This document shows positions 63,101 through 64,000 of a stretch of DNA of 64,000 bases, one piece after another (the stretch's first letter is position 1; every line of letters starts with the position of its first letter). The notes under the pieces were generated by a model. The model ran no database searches and was not told where the DNA came from. It worked only from the letters and a program-made list of their open reading frames with translations. The position numbers and the translations under genes were made by a program. The DNA comes from Nitrosopumilus sp. (GTDB taxonomy: Archaea > Thermoproteota > Nitrososphaeria > Nitrososphaerales > Nitrosopumilaceae), in the NCBI GenBank assembly GCA_965205675.1, contig OZ242186.1, forward strand, positions 800,001 through 864,000. Direction: 5' to 3'.

Positions 63101-64000
63101 CATTGCTGATCTTGACAGTGACTCCGTATCACATATTGCAGTAGGTGCAAAATTTGGAGATGATGCGGGAAGAGGCAACATGCACATCTTGTTTATCAAT
63201 GATGATGGCTCTGTAAGCCAAACTAGAGAAATTAACAATTCAAACACTCCTAGCCTAGATGTCACCGGCCCTACCCTCTTTGGCCGCTCCATTACAACCA
63301 TTGGTGACCTCAATGGCGATGGCACATCTGATATTGCAGTAGGTGAACCAAACCATTTCTCCCCACACAATGGCGGCGTCATACACATTATTTATTTGGA
63401 TAAAAGCGTGGTTGTAAATACGGTATCCTCTACTACTGCCGATGGCGAATATGATACTGGAGCTCTAGTCGACATTACCATAGTATTTTCTGAACCTGTC
63501 ACTGTTACTGGAACTCCACAAATCACACTAGAAACTGGTGATAATGACCGAACAGCTGACTATACATCTGGTAGCGGTACTGATACCTTAACATTCCAAT
63601 ATATCGTACAGTCCGGTGACGTATCGCCAGATCTTAATTATGTTGATGTAAATTCTCTAATGCTAAATGGCGGCAGTATTATCTCAGTTGACTCTCAAAG
63701 TAACAGGGCAGTTTTAACGTTGCCTCCCCCAGATCTTGTTTTGACAGTTACCCCTTCAGATGCATTTGGTTCTTTGGGAAATTTCAAGGACCTTGCCATT
63801 ATCAGTGGTGCACCTCCAACCTTTGAATCAGCTACGCTGCAAGAGGACATAGGTTTACTCTCTGTAACTTTCTCAAAGGCGCTAGACCAAGACTCCGATA
63901 CTGTTGCAGTGGACGGATTTACAATAACTGATGATTTGCCTGAAGGTATTGAGGCACGCCTGTCCGTATCCCTTGATGGTGCAACGCACGCCCTTGACTC
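60174..64000 (+). CDS. Giant secreted/surface protein with FG-GAP repeats and Ig-like domains, 3' end beyond the window
   Basis: Frame open from ATG 60174 to the window end (true start may lie slightly downstream); signal-peptide-like RKSLAVFVSAVFVSGSILG...YAFA; 12 FG-GAP repeats; VTGTPQITLETG..Y.SGSGTDTLTF.Y Ig-like domain. Confidence 0.88.
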   Translation, partial: MTLPYRLLISQLSVPFYMLFVVLPCSLYYLAAPKHTNEAFLRKSLAVFVSAVFVSGSILGPIGLTFSPQYAFADDIFAEMNSFENILPNTVLPDHEFLKKKLHSSEANSDIADSLYNNNDNNENPLSESEKKTVHEFLLALHGDIDVLNEQSYPTVGGYWTVEFVTKGTHDLIVSAINATSFGAGLPDDVEFISLYDSDGSEIAPEFIYDDSGSKGEITSVVFPDYSNDDVGSFKMLVHTPGKHHLKFEFGNGVAYANNNAYPNSTIEINSSTTNGPDLSSHDSFGTSIANIGDLNGDGTSDIAVGATGDGHGGSNSGAVHILFMNDDGSVNQTIEINSSTANGPDLNILDFFGSSIANIGDLNGDGTSDIAVGAAGDDNGGDDSGAVHILFMNDDGSVNNTIEINSSTANGPDLSQTDIFGSSIANIGDLNGDGTSDIAVGATGDDHGGDDSGAVHILFMNDDGSVEQTVEINDSTANGPELSDDDFFGSSIANIGDLNGDGTSDIVVGATGDDDGGDNRGAIHILLMNDDGSVDQTVEINDSTANGPELSDGDFFGSSIANIGDLDNNGTSDIAVDAQGNDDGGDNRGAIHILFMNDDGSVEQTIEINDSTEPGPVLSDNDIFGSSIANIGDLDNNGTSDIAVGAIDDDHGGPSSGAIHIIYLSTAVSHSGAIEQTIEINSSTANGPDLSQNDIFGSSIANIGDLDNNGTSDIAVGAPSDDNGGNNKGAIHILLMNDDGSVNNTIEINDSTPNGPSLDAGDNFGTSIANIGDLNGDGTSDIAVGAPNDNDGGDDSGAVHILFINDDGSVNNTIEINDSTANGPDLNIADLFGSSIANIGDLNGDGTSDIAVGATGDDSGSFGSSGAVHILLMNDDGSVERTIEIDSTTANGPDLSSSDSFGSSIANIGDLNGDGTSDIAVGAIGDDDGGDDSGAVHILFINDDGSVEQTIEINSSTPNGPSLDAGDNFGTSIAGIADLDSDSVSHIAVGAKFGDDAGRGNMHILFINDDGSVSQTREINNSNTPSLDVTGPTLFGRSITTIGDLNGDGTSDIAVGEPNHFSPHNGGVIHIIYLDKSVVVNTVSSTTADGEYDTGALVDITIVFSEPVTVTGTPQITLETGDNDRTADYTSGSGTDTLTFQYIVQSGDVSPDLNYVDVNSLMLNGGSIISVDSQSNRAVLTLPPPDLVLTVTPSDAFGSLGNFKDLAIISGAPPTFESATLQEDIGLLSVTFSKALDQDSDTVAVDGFTITDDLPEGIEARLSVSLDGATHALD
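60972..63400 (+). repeat. 12 tandem ~204-bp coding repeats (FG-GAP / integrin alpha-like)
   Basis: Units start at 60972, 61176, 61380, 61584, 61788, 61992, 62208, 62412, 62616, 62823, 63027, 63225; consensus FGSSIANIGDLNGDGTSDIAVGA...GAVHILFMN. Confidence 0.95.

Noticed and set aside
61016-63388. Three long minus-strand repeat ORFs (121, 246, 379 aa)
   Set aside because: Antisense shadows of the plus-strand FG-GAP gene
60972-63400. Repeat array as CRISPR or DGR template/variable repeats
   Set aside because: Units are in-frame coding repeats with no repeat-spacer layout; no cas or reverse transcriptase gene in the window

Overview
AT-rich archaeal chromosome segment. Gene content points to an ammonia-oxidising thaumarchaeote of the Nitrosopumilaceae type (TFB, rps8e, rps26e, rpoE1/Spt4, aspS-gatCAB, thrS, nadA/nadC, hppA, cold-shock protein, intron-containing tRNA-Tyr). 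The housekeeping backbone is riddled with insertion sequences, roughly a fifth of the window by the coordinates below: three IS66 copies, IS3, several IS5-type elements, ISH3, IS110, IS1595 and IS481. Many are nested or pseudogenised, which suggests a host-associated lineage (inference). The best signal is an IS1111-type IS110 element (15084-16407) inserted in an ISH3 transposase. Its empty target can be rebuilt in frame, and its right non-coding end folds into two parallel loops whose strands match the rebuilt target and, more weakly, the donor junction, i.e. a candidate archaeal bridge/seek RNA. The window ends inside a >1270-aa secreted FG-GAP/Ig-like protein with 2x6 shuffled 68-aa repeats that the ORF track does not list.
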